Source: Coleofasciculus sp. B1-GNL1-01 (lineage in GTDB: Bacteria > Cyanobacteriota > Cyanobacteriia > Cyanobacteriales > Coleofasciculaceae). From it: a stretch of 64,000 nt of DNA. Both the position numbers and the translations under genes were made by a program. Positions 49,558-60,145 of this stretch are shown piece after piece. The stretch lies in NCBI GenBank assembly GCA_040220235.1, contig JAVJTO010000048.1. The stretch is one strand, 5' to 3'. The notes beneath the pieces are model-generated. The model saw only the letters and a list, made by a program, of their open reading frames with translations, was not told where the DNA came from and ran no database searches. The stretch's first letter is position 1, and the number at the start of each line of letters is the position of its first letter.

Positions 49558-50838
49558 CTAGAATTTTTTGGCATTATTCAGGAGCGGTAAGTTGACAGTA
49601 AATGTCGTACCAATGTCAATCTCACTTTGGACAGATATCATGCCTTGATGTAAATCCACGGCTTTTTTGACGATCGCGAGTCCTAATCCTGTTCCGTTTA
49701 TTGTACCTGTATTCTGGGCGCGATGGAAGGGTTCAAACAAATGCACTTGGTCATTGGCGGGAATGCCGATACCGCGATCGCGAATTAATAGTATAGCTTG
49801 ATTCTCCTCACGATTCAGTTCAAAATCGACGGGTTCACCGTTGGGTGAGTATTTCAGGGCGTTGGTGAGTAAGTTACTCAGAATTTGCCGCAGCAGTTTG
49901 GGGTCAAAATTGCCGCAAATGTTATCATCGTTACACTTAAACTGAATCCGTTCTTGATTCGCGGCTTCTAGGTGCAAGTCCTCGACTAAAGTCTGACAGA
50001 ATTCGCTTAAATTGACAACGGTGGGATTAAATTCTAGTTTTTCGGCGTCGGCTTTGCTATAGATTAAGATATCTTCCAATAACTGGGTCATATAATCGAC
50101 CGATTGGCTAATTTTCTGGAAATGTACGGCTTTTCGTTCTGGACTCAAGCGATCGCTATACCGTTCTAGCATTTCACTAGAGGAGAGAATCGTGGTTAGC
50201 GGGGTGCGGAATTCGTGGGAGACGGTACTGAGAAACCGGGATTTGAGTTCGCTGAGTTCGTGTTGTTCGGCTAATTCCTGGCGCAAGGCTTCGGCTTGCT
50301 GGCGCTGACTGATATCGCTGATTAACCAGCGCAATCCGGTTAGATTACGATGATTATCGCGAATGGGAGAAACCGCGATCGCGGCGGGAAAGGGTTCTCT
50401 GTGGCGAGGCTGTAGCTGCACGTCCCATCCCATCGACTGGGAGGATGTTCTCACTTGTTGCAGTTGGTTGCGAAAGGCTTTGCGGTGAGATTCAGCGACA
50501 AAGACAGTTAGTGGTTTGCCAATAAGATAGGTTGGCGAGATGTTCAACATAATACTGGCGGCTGGATTGGCGGTATGAATTTCTCCCGTCAGATTCGTCA
50601 CAAAGTAGGCTTCTGAGGTGCATTCAAATAACTCTCGGTAGTGCTGGAGTTCGCTGTCGCTGGCGTTATTTCTGGTGACTGACTCCTGCTGTTGCTGATC
50701 GAATTCCTCTAATGTGATCGAAAACTCCTCTAGAATCGTTGAGAGGATTTCGGGATTAACTGTCGCTTGATTGATCCGGTTCAAAAAGGATTCTAGGCGT
50801 TGTTGGGAGAGTTGAATCGGTTTGTTTAGGTTAATCAT
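49558..50838 (-). CDS. PAS-domain sensor histidine kinase (tandem paralog)
   Basis: VSHEFRTPL, NLLTNALKYS, DRGIG, GTGLGL. Confidence 0.9.
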   Translation of the reverse strand: MINLNKPIQLSQQRLESFLNRINQATVNPEILSTILEEFSITLEEFDQQQQESVTRNNASDSELQHYRELFECTSEAYFVTNLTGEIHTANPAASIMLNISPTYLIGKPLTVFVAESHRKAFRNQLQQVRTSSQSMGWDVQLQPRHREPFPAAIAVSPIRDNHRNLTGLRWLISDISQRQQAEALRQELAEQHELSELKSRFLSTVSHEFRTPLTTILSSSEMLERYSDRLSPERKAVHFQKISQSVDYMTQLLEDILIYSKADAEKLEFNPTVVNLSEFCQTLVEDLHLEAANQERIQFKCNDDNICGNFDPKLLRQILSNLLTNALKYSPNGEPVDFELNREENQAILLIRDRGIGIPANDQVHLFEPFHRAQNTGTINGTGLGLAIVKKAVDLHQGMISVQSEIDIGTTFTVNLPLLNNAKKF

Positions 50839-50950
50839 GGGGATTGGGTAAGGGCAGGTTTACACTTATCTTATCTTTCGTTCACGAAGGATGCTTCGCT
50901 TTTGTTGCATGGGTGAGGGGTTGAGCTTAAGTTGACACCAATGTCACCCC

Positions 50951-52822
50951 TCATCCATCTTCTTGATTCACTTCATCTACCAATATAATCGTGCCGTGTA
51001 ATTGTTCTTCTATCCCTTTCAAGCCGTGGAACGTAACCTGACATTGAATGGATTGACCTCGGCGATTAATCGCATCCACCATGATTGTCTGATGATTGAC
51101 CTCGCCCTGATAACAGTTACGGATTGGTTCGCGCAACTGTTCCACAGGTAAGCCTATATCTAAACTGAGGAGAGATTTGTCTTCTACCTCGTCACTGCGT
51201 AGTCCCCAAAGTTCCTCGGAATATTCATTCCAACGGATAATCTTAAATTCGCGGTCTACAATAATCACCCCCATTTGGAAACTTTCTAGAATTGAATTTA
51301 AAAAGGCATTGACTTGGTTGACTTGATCCGTCCGCAAGCGCAATTCATCATTCATCGTCCGCAATTCTTCATTGGTCGATTCGAGTTCTTCATTCATTGT
51401 CTCCAGTTCTTCGTTCGTGGATTGCAATTCTTCGTTCGTCGTTTCTAGTTCTTCGTTGGTGGATTGCAATTCTTCATTTGTCGTTTCTAGTTCCTCATTA
51501 CTCGACTGGAGTTCCTCATTCGCCGTCTCCAGTTCTTGGGAGGATGTTTTATATTTATTGTATAACTGGTTGTAGCGAGTGACATCATGAAAAGAAATAC
51601 TCACTCCCAACAACTGCTCACCATTGACATTTTCCTTTAAAGGAGTAATTTGCACATCCAAATACTGAGTTGTATTGGACTCCTCCCGCACCACATCGTT
51701 AATCGTAATCGACGTGCGATCGCGATAGACATCATCGATGATAGACCGCAGTTCTAGGGGACGGTAGGAAAGTTCCAAATCTCGAAACAGTTTGCCCAGA
51801 TCTTGCCGTTTGATATCAAACATTGACCGGGCGATCATATTTGCCAACACTAAGTAACCATTGACATCAACAATAATTTGGGCAATGGGTGAGGTATTAA
51901 ACGCTGCTTCTTGTAGCCGCACCCGCTCAGACAGACGCGCACTCGATTCTTTATCTCCAGCTTGGGCGAACATCAGCAGGCGATCGCTTAGTTTCGGTTT
52001 GGCTACTTTGGTAAAGAGGCGGTGCTGTAAATTCACAGGTCTAAACAAGTTGCTATTGGTTAGCAGCATCTCCGCTTTGCCCAAAAATAGAGTGCCATTC
52101 TCCTTTAGCGCAAAGTTAAACCGTGCCAAAATCCGTTTCTGAGTTTCCGCATTAAAATACATCAGTGTGTTGCGGCAAATCAGTAAATCCAGTCGGGAAA
52201 TTGGCGCATCTTGAACCAAATCATTCCGACCAAAAATCACCACCCGGCGAATATCAGATCGGAATACATACTGATTGTTAACTTGTTCAAAATAGCACTG
52301 TCGCCATTCCTCAGACAGGTTTTCTAAGGCTTTGGAAGTATAGCGTGCCCAACGCGCTTGATCCAAAGCTTCTTCGTCTACATCCGTAGCATAAATTTTA
52401 ACCCGTTGGCGAAATTGCTCCAACCCCATGATTTCTGCCAAAAGTATGGCGATAGAATAGGCTTCTTCCCCCGATGAACACCCCGCACTCCAGACACGGA
52501 TTTGCTCTCGCTCATCCTTTTGCTGCAACAGTTGCGGCAGAATTTGATCGTGCAAATAGTTCCAGGCGTCGGTATCCCGGAAAAATGCGGTAACGTTGAT
52601 TAAAATTGTATTGAACAGGGACTCAAATTCTTCCGGATGAACTTCCAGGTAGTCCAGATAATCACCAAAGTTATCGATATTGTGCGACTGCATTTGCCGG
52701 GTTACCCGCCGCTTGAGTGTAGAGCGTTTGTAGCCTGTAAAATCAAAGCCGCGTGTTTCTTTTAGGTACTCCAGTAAGGATTCAAAAATTCGATTTTCTT
52801 CTTGTTGTTGGTCATTACTTAT
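50951..52822 (-). CDS. cheR: CheR-type methyltransferase with PAS domains and a heptad coiled coil; canonical start missing
   Basis: INVTAFFRD, WSAGCSSGEEAYS, CRNTLMYF, (ELETTNEELQSTNE)n; GFDFTGYKRSTLKRRV in frame upstream of the ATG at 52693. Confidence 0.88.
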   Translation of the reverse strand: MSNDQQQEENRIFESLLEYLKETRGFDFTGYKRSTLKRRVTRQMQSHNIDNFGDYLDYLEVHPEEFESLFNTILINVTAFFRDTDAWNYLHDQILPQLLQQKDEREQIRVWSAGCSSGEEAYSIAILLAEIMGLEQFRQRVKIYATDVDEEALDQARWARYTSKALENLSEEWRQCYFEQVNNQYVFRSDIRRVVIFGRNDLVQDAPISRLDLLICRNTLMYFNAETQKRILARFNFALKENGTLFLGKAEMLLTNSNLFRPVNLQHRLFTKVAKPKLSDRLLMFAQAGDKESSARLSERVRLQEAAFNTSPIAQIIVDVNGYLVLANMIARSMFDIKRQDLGKLFRDLELSYRPLELRSIIDDVYRDRTSITINDVVREESNTTQYLDVQITPLKENVNGEQLLGVSISFHDVTRYNQLYNKYKTSSQELETANEELQSSNEELETTNEELQSTNEELETTNEELQSTNEELETMNEELESTNEELRTMNDELRLRTDQVNQVNAFLNSILESFQMGVIIVDREFKIIRWNEYSEELWGLRSDEVEDKSLLSLDIGLPVEQLREPIRNCYQGEVNHQTIMVDAINRRGQSIQCQVTFHGLKGIEEQLHGTIILVDEVNQEDG

Positions 52823-52903
52823 TACTTATTACTTATTACTTATTATAAAAGCAACAGTTAAAGATAAAAAGTAAATAGCAAATTCCAGAAATATTCAAAT
52901 AGT

Positions 52904-53533
52904 CTATCTTCTACCTTTTTTTACAAGTTGGATGAGTGTTTCAGCAATTTCGGGTAACGGTAAAATCAAATTGACGATCCCGGTGTCAATGGCAGAACGG
53001 GGCATACCAAAGTGTTCCGACGTTTCTTGATTTTGGCTAATCACCATACCGCCCATTTTCGCGATCGCCTGCACTCCTTTTGTGCCATCTTTCCCTGTCC
53101 CGGTTAAAATCACAGCTATTGCCCGATTTTGGTAACTATTTGCCAGCGACTCAAACAGTAAATCTGCTGAGGGACGGACAAAATTGACTATAGGTGACTG
53201 CGTTAAGGAAAGCGTACCATCAGAGTTGACCAAAACATGATAATCCGGTTGAGCAATATAGGCTTCTCCCGGATTCAGCTTGTCTCCATCCTCCGTCTGC
53301 TTAATCGGCAAAGAAATCCGTCGGCGGAGTATCTCTGCCATTAAAGAACGGTGACTGCGGTCAAGATGCTGTAAAATCAGAACGGCTGCTGGAAAGTCAG
53401 TCGGTAGATGGGATAAAACCTCAGATAGCGCCTTTAGTCCCCCAGCAGATGCGGCGATGGCGACGACATCAAAGGCGGTATTGGCAAAGGCTGGGGGGGG
53501 ATTGCTGTGTTGATCGACCTGGGGTTGTGTCAT
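52904..53533 (-). CDS. cheB: CheB-type methylesterase without receiver domain
   Basis: AASAGG, QH, RPSAD, LTGTGKDG, MPRSAI. Confidence 0.9.
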   Translation of the reverse strand: MTQPQVDQHSNPPPAFANTAFDVVAIAASAGGLKALSEVLSHLPTDFPAAVLILQHLDRSHRSLMAEILRRRISLPIKQTEDGDKLNPGEAYIAQPDYHVLVNSDGTLSLTQSPIVNFVRPSADLLFESLANSYQNRAIAVILTGTGKDGTKGVQAIAKMGGMVISQNQETSEHFGMPRSAIDTGIVNLILPLPEIAETLIQLVKKGRR

Positions 53534-53723
53534 AGGGTAGCACTGACATATAAGGTTAACGCTTTCAGTGTACCGATTTTGGCAATATCGGGGCGACGTC
53601 AGAGGTTATGGTGAATCCAGCACGTTAGTCAGGGTTTGGTGACCAAACCCCTACACAATGACACGAATGCACGTTGGCAAAGGGCGCACGTCAGTGCGCC
53701 CCTACGTGCGCCGACAATCGGGT

Positions 53724-54287
53724 TTAATTCACCTCCAACGTGAATCCGGGCAAAACATCCTCCCCCGACAACACTACAGGCATTCTGACCACTTCCACCT
53801 CTTGTCCCTGACGATAAATTTCCACCTGCCGATCCTTACGATTAATCAGCCAACCCAACCGCAATCCACTCGCCCAATACTCCAACATTTTGGTCTGAAG
53901 TGGCTTTAATCGATCTGTGCGAGACCGCAATTCGATCACGAAATCTGGGCAAATTGGCGGAAATCCCTCCCGTTCCTCCTGACTCAATCCTTGCCATCGG
54001 CTTAATTCTACCCAAGCCACATCTGGAGAGCGATCGCCTCCTCCAGGTAAACTAAATACAGTTTGAGAACTAAACACCACACCTAACTGAGTTTGTTGGT
54101 TCCAAATCCCCACCTGAATAATCAGATTTGCCTCACGTTTGCCCCCTTCACCCCCGATAGGTGTCACGATAATTAATTCTCCCGTTGATGAACGTTCTAG
54201 CGGTACATCCGGATTCGCCTGACACAGTTGAAAAAACTGTTCCCTTGTCAGGGTGGTAATTGGGTCTAAATTCAGTACCGTTGTCAT
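53724..54287 (-). CDS. Uma2-family endonuclease
   Basis: RSPDVAW, CPDFVIELRS, GLRLGWLI, LSGEDVLPGF; start MTTVL at 54287. Confidence 0.88.
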   Translation of the reverse strand: MTTVLNLDPITTLTREQFFQLCQANPDVPLERSSTGELIIVTPIGGEGGKREANLIIQVGIWNQQTQLGVVFSSQTVFSLPGGGDRSPDVAWVELSRWQGLSQEEREGFPPICPDFVIELRSRTDRLKPLQTKMLEYWASGLRLGWLINRKDRQVEIYRQGQEVEVVRMPVVLSGEDVLPGFTLEVN

Positions 54288-54960
54288 ATCCGTTATATAA
54301 GAGGCTGTTGATGACGTTGGAGTTGAGGCATGACCCAAGAGGGACGCGATCGCAGAAAATTCCGTCCTATATAACGGTGCAATTCTTCTCCACACTCCAT
54401 GTATCATCAAATTGTTTTTTTGTCAAATATGCCCCTCTCGCCAGTGCCGAAATTGGGTCATTGGGGTATGGTTGTAGTCTTTTATTTTTTCGACGTCTGG
54501 CGAGGTGGAATGACGTGATTTTAGGATGTTGAAGCGTTTGGTGGAAAAATTGACAGGAAAAACCTAACTTACCTTAAAAAACAAAACTTCATAAAGTATA
54601 CTACAGAGGAAAAACAACGTCAAATTAGGCATTGTCAGCGATGGCTGGGGTCAGCCGTATTTTGCCTTGTCTTTAGAAGATTAAAACTAAAATGTTAAAA
54701 TGAAAAGTTTTGTTTAACATTTGATGGTTCCCTCCTTTTCTTAATTCCCCCCTTTCTTAATTCCCCCCTTTCAAAGGGGGGATGGGGGGATGGGGGGATG
54801 GAGATTAGAGGATGAGGGTGAAACGGTTACCCGTCTTGGTTTTCAGTTTAAGTTGCATGGATGCACGTTGGCAAAGGGCGCAAGTCTTTGCGCCCCTACA
54901 TGCCTCCAACCTAGGGCGGGTTGCGATCGCATCCTTGTCCTGATTATTGGGGGTTGAAAC

Positions 54961-55008
54961 TATTCCCTGTTCCCTGTTCCCTGTTCCCTGTTCCCTGTTC
55001 CCTATTCC
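54961..55008. repeat. STRR heptamer (TCCCTGT)n
   Basis: Direct inspection; also at 2616-2676 and 58758-58790. Confidence 0.85.
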
Positions 55009-57237
55009 CTACACGCCCCCTTCCTGTAACACTTCCGAGAAGGCAAAATCGGGTTCGGCTAACACAAATACCGTTGTCGGTAATCCTGTGGCTAAACCTT
55101 GCAAGCGTTCGTAATAACTGGTGTAATCATCCATCGGTTTTGCCATCCCCAAGAAAACTAAATCCGCACTTTGGGACGAACGGCGCAGGATTTCCGGGAA
55201 GGGGCGTCCCTTTGCCTCAATCACTTGCGATCGCGCCCCAATCCGTAGTTGTTTAGTCAGGTTTTCCACATTCGTCCGCGTGGCTTGGGCGGCGGCGTTA
55301 TTGGCAACAACTAATTTAAGATTGATTTCGGCACTACGCCATTCCAGACTCGTCCGCAACAGATACGCCAAAATTAACATCAAGCCCCCATTTGCCTGTA
55401 ATCCGCCCCACCAAACATCAATCCGTTTGCGGCGACCAAATCCCCGTTCCTCCACATCCCGTAAAATCACCACATTCCGACGGGCTTGATGCAAGTTAGC
55501 GATCATCTGACAGTAACTCCCCCGATGGGAGGCTTGTTCACTATCCCCTAACAGAATCGTATTGGGAACCAACGGACCAATCCCATACGCCTCAACTAAC
55601 CGTTCCGCCCCAATAAACGGATCAGGGGCGGTAATTAACCGGGCTAACCCTTGCACCCCCCGCTTCTCCAAATACTCCCGAATCGTGGCTTCCATTTCCA
55701 ACTGTTTAGCTGGATCACGAGACCCACTGGGAATTACACTGGCGACAGTAAATAAGCTGCGTTTGTGGGTTAAATTTGCGGCAAACTCCACCAAATGCCA
55801 GCGACGAGTCGGGGCGCCAGAGAAAACCAGAATATGAGGACGCCAGTTTTTCGTATCAGCCGTATAGTCGAGGCGATTAATTCCAGTACGGACCAACGCC
55901 ATCCAGACACCCTGACGCACATCCCCCCAAGCACTTTGTAATTCCCGCCGTTCTAACCAAATATAAACACTCGATACAATCACCGCCGCCATAATTGTCG
56001 CCACGGCGTTGAGTAAGAACATCACCCCCAAACAGCCAACCGCCCCCAACAGGGAGAAAGACCAATGCACCCGGAAGGAAGGGCGAAACGAGGGAGAACG
56101 TAAAAAGCTTTCAATTCCCGCCGCCACGTTCAAGACTAAATAGGTGGTGAGGAAGAACATACTCAACACTGGGGCGATTAAATCCAGATCCCCCAACGCC
56201 ACGGCGACTAACACCAAGCCCAATGTAATCACCGTCGCAATACGCGGTTCATCTTCCGATCCGTAACCCGTTCCCAGAAACTTCAGCCACCGAGGTAAAA
56301 TCCCATCCCGCGCCAGCGCCTGCATGACCCGAGGCGCACCCAGAATACTACCAATCGCACTGGATAATGTCGCCCCCCAAACCCCCAATAACACCGAAGG
56401 ACCCCAGAGGGAGATTTTCTCCATAATTAACGGGTTTTCGACTAAGGTAAGAGCATCCGCCCGCAGCGCTAAAATTATGGGTAATGCCATATAAACCACA
56501 TAACCCGTCCCCACCGCCGCCAAGGTACCAATGGGAATCGAACGGGTGGGATTGCGTAAATCCCCGGACATATTCACCCCCGCCATAATCCCAGTCACGG
56601 CGGGAAAGAAGACAGCGAAGACAGTCCAGAAGGGTTCGGAGTTTTCCGGTTTCGCCCCCCACAATTCAATGTGAGTATTCGGGTCAACGGGGGAACCAAA
56701 AATCAAACAAATTAAAGACAGCGCGATCGCTGCCATAATAAAATACTGTGCCTTAATCGCAATTTGGGCAGAGGCGATCGCCAAAATTGCTACCAGAATC
56801 GTGGTAATGATTGCCGTCAGCCGTTGATTTAAGTCCGGAAACGTCAGCGTCAGACTCTCAGCAAAACCAATCGTATACAGCGCCACCGATATCGCCTGGG
56901 CAAAATACAGGGGAATCCCCACCGCGCCGCCCGTTTCAATTCCCAGAGAACGGCTAATCATATAATAAGCCCCCCCCGCCCGCACCACCCGATCTGTTGC
57001 GATCGCACAAATTGACAGCGAAGTCAGAAACGTAATCGCCGTAGACAGGGTGACAATAATCAGCGTGCCAAACAACCCCACATTCCCCACAACCCAGCCA
57101 AATCGCAGGTACATGATTACACCGAGAATCGTCAGCAGGGACGGTGTATAAACTCCCCCAAATGTACCTAAACCGGTCTCCGGTTCAGAGGGAGTGGGCG
57201 AAGATGAGGGTGATTGTTGACGGAAGGGGTTTTTCAT
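55009..57237 (-). CDS. Cation-chloride cotransporter (SLC12/CCC) family APC permease
   Basis: LGTFGGVYTPSLLTILGVIMYLR, GGAYYMISRSLG, FFPAVTGIMAG.NMSGDL, KNWRPHIL, IDVWW. Confidence 0.88.
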   Translation of the reverse strand: MKNPFRQQSPSSSPTPSEPETGLGTFGGVYTPSLLTILGVIMYLRFGWVVGNVGLFGTLIIVTLSTAITFLTSLSICAIATDRVVRAGGAYYMISRSLGIETGGAVGIPLYFAQAISVALYTIGFAESLTLTFPDLNQRLTAIITTILVAILAIASAQIAIKAQYFIMAAIALSLICLIFGSPVDPNTHIELWGAKPENSEPFWTVFAVFFPAVTGIMAGVNMSGDLRNPTRSIPIGTLAAVGTGYVVYMALPIILALRADALTLVENPLIMEKISLWGPSVLLGVWGATLSSAIGSILGAPRVMQALARDGILPRWLKFLGTGYGSEDEPRIATVITLGLVLVAVALGDLDLIAPVLSMFFLTTYLVLNVAAGIESFLRSPSFRPSFRVHWSFSLLGAVGCLGVMFLLNAVATIMAAVIVSSVYIWLERRELQSAWGDVRQGVWMALVRTGINRLDYTADTKNWRPHILVFSGAPTRRWHLVEFAANLTHKRSLFTVASVIPSGSRDPAKQLEMEATIREYLEKRGVQGLARLITAPDPFIGAERLVEAYGIGPLVPNTILLGDSEQASHRGSYCQMIANLHQARRNVVILRDVEERGFGRRKRIDVWWGGLQANGGLMLILAYLLRTSLEWRSAEINLKLVVANNAAAQATRTNVENLTKQLRIGARSQVIEAKGRPFPEILRRSSQSADLVFLGMAKPMDDYTSYYERLQGLATGLPTTVFVLAEPDFAFSEVLQEGGV

Positions 57238-57614
57238 GGTAAGCACCTAAGCCTGGTTCAATCCAACGAGAAAAGGGGAAATTGTTTCAGCCAAGACAGC
57301 CTGAGTTATCTATGTACTTCCCCGTAAACAAGCAAAAAAAATGAGATATAGCTTTTTAGCACCCTCACGAAACCGATGTCACACCCTAATTGGAACGATT
57401 GTCAGCAGCGGGCGATTGATTCGACTAAATACCCGTGTCCGCTACTGTAGCAAAAAAAATTCTCTTTACTCTCTATCTATCTAACGATTAGGGTATGTTG
57501 ATCCTTAGCTGCGATCGAGGAAACCAGGTTTGTAGGGGCGGGTTTAGGGACTTTCGTCTCGCCATGAGATAATAACATCTGTGCAAAACCCGCCCCCTCA
57601 CCCCCTCACCTAAT

Positions 57615-58673
57615 CTACGGATAAAAACTCAACAACGGTAATCCCAGCTTTTCATCCCAGCCCATAATCAGATTCAAACATTGAATCGCTTGACCAGCTT
57701 GACCTTTAATCAAGTTATCGGTAACTGACATAACAATTACCCGGTCAGTACGTGGATCAACTTCAACGCTGATATAACACAAATTCGTCCCACACGCCCA
57801 CTTGGTTTGCGGATACGTCCCACTAGGTAAGACGCGCACAAAGGGAGACGCACGATAAAATGCATTATAGATCGTCGCCAGATCTTCTCGCACTAATCCG
57901 GGGTCACGCAACGTTGCATAAACCGTCGCCAGCAGTCCGCGCACCATTGGCATTAAATGAGGCGTAAACTGAACCATCACCTCATGACCCGCCAAATCAC
58001 TGCAAATCTGCTCAATTTCCGGCGTATGGCGATGACGCGCCACCCCATAAGCCGCCACCGAACTATCCGCTTCTGCGAGTAAAAGATTAGTTTTCGCCTT
58101 ACGCCCCGCCCCCGATGTACCTGATTTAGCATCAATAATCGCCGTATCGGGTTGAATCAACCCTTGTTTGAGCAACGGTGCAAGTGCCAAAAGACTGGTG
58201 GTAACATAACAACCCGGACACCCCACCAACTTCGCCTCAGCGATGCGATCGCGATATAATTCCGGTAAGCCATAAACCGCTGAAGCCACAGTTTCCTGGT
58301 CATTACGTTCTCCCCCATACCAGGTTTTATAGGTTTCCAAATTCTTAAACCGATAATCCGCCGAAAGGTCAATCACCTTACAGCCTTTCGCCAACAACGG
58401 CGGCGCCATCTGATACGCCAAACCATTGGGTAACGACAGAAACACCACCTGACAACGGCTGGCGACTTGATCTAAATCAATTTCCTCTATGGTCAAATCC
58501 ACACAATGACCCAAATGAGGATAGAGTTCCGAAAACGCTTTCCCCGCACTACTACTTCCCCCCAAATAAACCACCTCAACACCTGGGTGATCCATCAATA
58601 GGCGTATCAATTGCACGCCCCCATAGCCAGAAGCGCCAATAATTCCGACAGGCAATTGTCCTAAATCACCCAT
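57615..58673 (-). CDS. argC: N-acetyl-gamma-glutamyl-phosphate reductase
   Basis: [43 protein letters not shown]. Confidence 0.95.
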   Translation of the reverse strand: MGDLGQLPVGIIGASGYGGVQLIRLLMDHPGVEVVYLGGSSSAGKAFSELYPHLGHCVDLTIEEIDLDQVASRCQVVFLSLPNGLAYQMAPPLLAKGCKVIDLSADYRFKNLETYKTWYGGERNDQETVASAVYGLPELYRDRIAEAKLVGCPGCYVTTSLLALAPLLKQGLIQPDTAIIDAKSGTSGAGRKAKTNLLLAEADSSVAAYGVARHRHTPEIEQICSDLAGHEVMVQFTPHLMPMVRGLLATVYATLRDPGLVREDLATIYNAFYRASPFVRVLPSGTYPQTKWACGTNLCYISVEVDPRTDRVIVMSVTDNLIKGQAGQAIQCLNLIMGWDEKLGLPLLSFYP

Positions 58674-58823
58674 AATATTCCTTCCCTAACAGAGTTAACA
58701 TCAAAAACAGATGAACATTTGCTGCATTTTAGCTTGAACCAGCGATGGGGGATATTAGGGAACAGGGAACAGGGAACAGGGAACAGGGAATAGGCTATAA
58801 AAATTTTTTTGTCTTCCATCTCC

Positions 58824-58888
58824 CCAACACCCAACACCCGACACCCAACACCCGACACCCGACACCCAACACCCAACACCCGACACCC
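58824..58888. repeat. Heptamer run (C(A/G)ACACC)n
   Basis: Direct inspection. Confidence 0.8.
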
Positions 58889-58943
58889 CCTGAGTTAGCT
58901 ACCATAAAATCAGACCATTCAACAGCCAAGAGATAGTAACTCA

Positions 58944-59354
58944 ATGCCAATCCGATTATCCACGCCAGAGGTAACCGTTTCTGCTAATCCAGACACAGAC
59001 ACACCTCATTGCCATCCGCCCCATAAGGTTGAACGCCAGCGGATTGGTTCATTGCAGCCAAAAATGCTCAACACCGAAAAAGCCCAACGCATGGCAGAAT
59101 TGTTCAGTTCCCTAGGGGACACAAATCGGCTGAGGATCATCTCCCTACTCGCGATCGCAGAACTGTGCGTATGTGACATCGCCGCCGCCCTGGATATGAC
59201 TGAATCCGCCGTCTCCCATCAATTACGCACCCTACGAGCCATGCGATTAGTACGGTATCATAAACGCGGTCGCAAGGTCTATTATCATCTTCAAGATCAG
59301 CATGTTCTCGACTTATATCAATCCGTCGCCGAACATCTAGATGAACCTGTCTAA
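58944..59354 (+). CDS. ArsR/SmtB-family metal-sensing repressor (SmtB/ZiaR-like)
   Basis: ELCVCDIA, SAVSHQLR, DQH...EHLDE alpha5 site, N-terminal HCH. Confidence 0.88.
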   Translation: MPIRLSTPEVTVSANPDTDTPHCHPPHKVERQRIGSLQPKMLNTEKAQRMAELFSSLGDTNRLRIISLLAIAELCVCDIAAALDMTESAVSHQLRTLRAMRLVRYHKRGRKVYYHLQDQHVLDLYQSVAEHLDEPV

Positions 59355-59407
59355 CTATGAATCCTAAATTCCCCATTCCCCATTCCCCATTCCCTGTTCC
59401 CTAAACA

Positions 59408-59917
59408 ATGATTACTTGGCAACAAAATAGTGACAATCCTGAAAATGGCGCAAATCTCACCAAAATCAGCAAATTTTGGACAGCGCTAAACAACCGTAAA
59501 ATTGCATGGCGACAGCGACTAATTCCTCCCAGTGGAAATGCCCAGGAAAGCGACTGGGAATGGCAGCGATTTGACGACGAATTTAAACTGCAAAATCCCC
59601 AACTTCGCGGAATTACCCTCTACTGGCAAAAAGTGGACACCGATCAAGAACGCAGCACCACCCCCTGGAAACTTGAACTCGATCCGCAACGGCTACAGCT
59701 TTATATTTATCCTCAATCTCAGAAAAATTTAGTCATCCGGGTAGGGATTCCGGAAGTTATCTATCAGAAAATAGAAATTACTAATCCTCAATGGGAAAGT
59801 AACCCTCAAGGAGAAAATCATAGTATCACACTGCGCGACAAGCAGCAACAAATCGAAGTCAAGCTTACCCTAAGTCCCGAAAATATCGCCCAGCTTAAAG
59901 AAAATCTGCCTGGATAG
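59408..59917 (+). CDS. Hypothetical protein
   Basis: 169-aa ORF with ATG; no recognised motif. Confidence 0.65.
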   Translation: MITWQQNSDNPENGANLTKISKFWTALNNRKIAWRQRLIPPSGNAQESDWEWQRFDDEFKLQNPQLRGITLYWQKVDTDQERSTTPWKLELDPQRLQLYIYPQSQKNLVIRVGIPEVIYQKIEITNPQWESNPQGENHSITLRDKQQQIEVKLTLSPENIAQLKENLPG

Positions 59918-60145
59918 ACGATTGAATCGGGCGCAAGTCTTTGCGCCCCTATGGTTTCGGGTCTCCCATTCTAATTCATCAAATAAGGTGTGCCACACCA
60001 TTACTTGCTACTTGCTTTTACTTCTTGCTCCCCTCTCCCCTGGTGGGAGAGGGGCTGGGGGTGAGGGGGTTTATTGACTTAACTTACAATAAACGAGACA
60101 GTAATTGGCAAAAAAGACAGATTGTAGAAGCAATTCTACAGCCAA

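Noticed and set aside
51340..51540. 21-nt periodic DNA repeat
   Set aside because: Ordinary heptad coiled coil of CheR/CheBR proteins
54921..55256. Short ORFs overlapping major genes (this one and most others under 120 aa on opposite strands or frames)
   Set aside because: Shadow ORFs without motifs, inside well-supported CDSs or repeats
57250..57480. Possible riboswitch upstream of the CCC transporter
   Set aside because: Only a weak stem; no recognisable c-di-AMP or other riboswitch consensus
58706..58732. Possible SmtB operator (ATGAACA-TT-TGCTGCAT)
   Set aside because: Poor symmetry; lies next to the argC start and far from any metal-resistance gene
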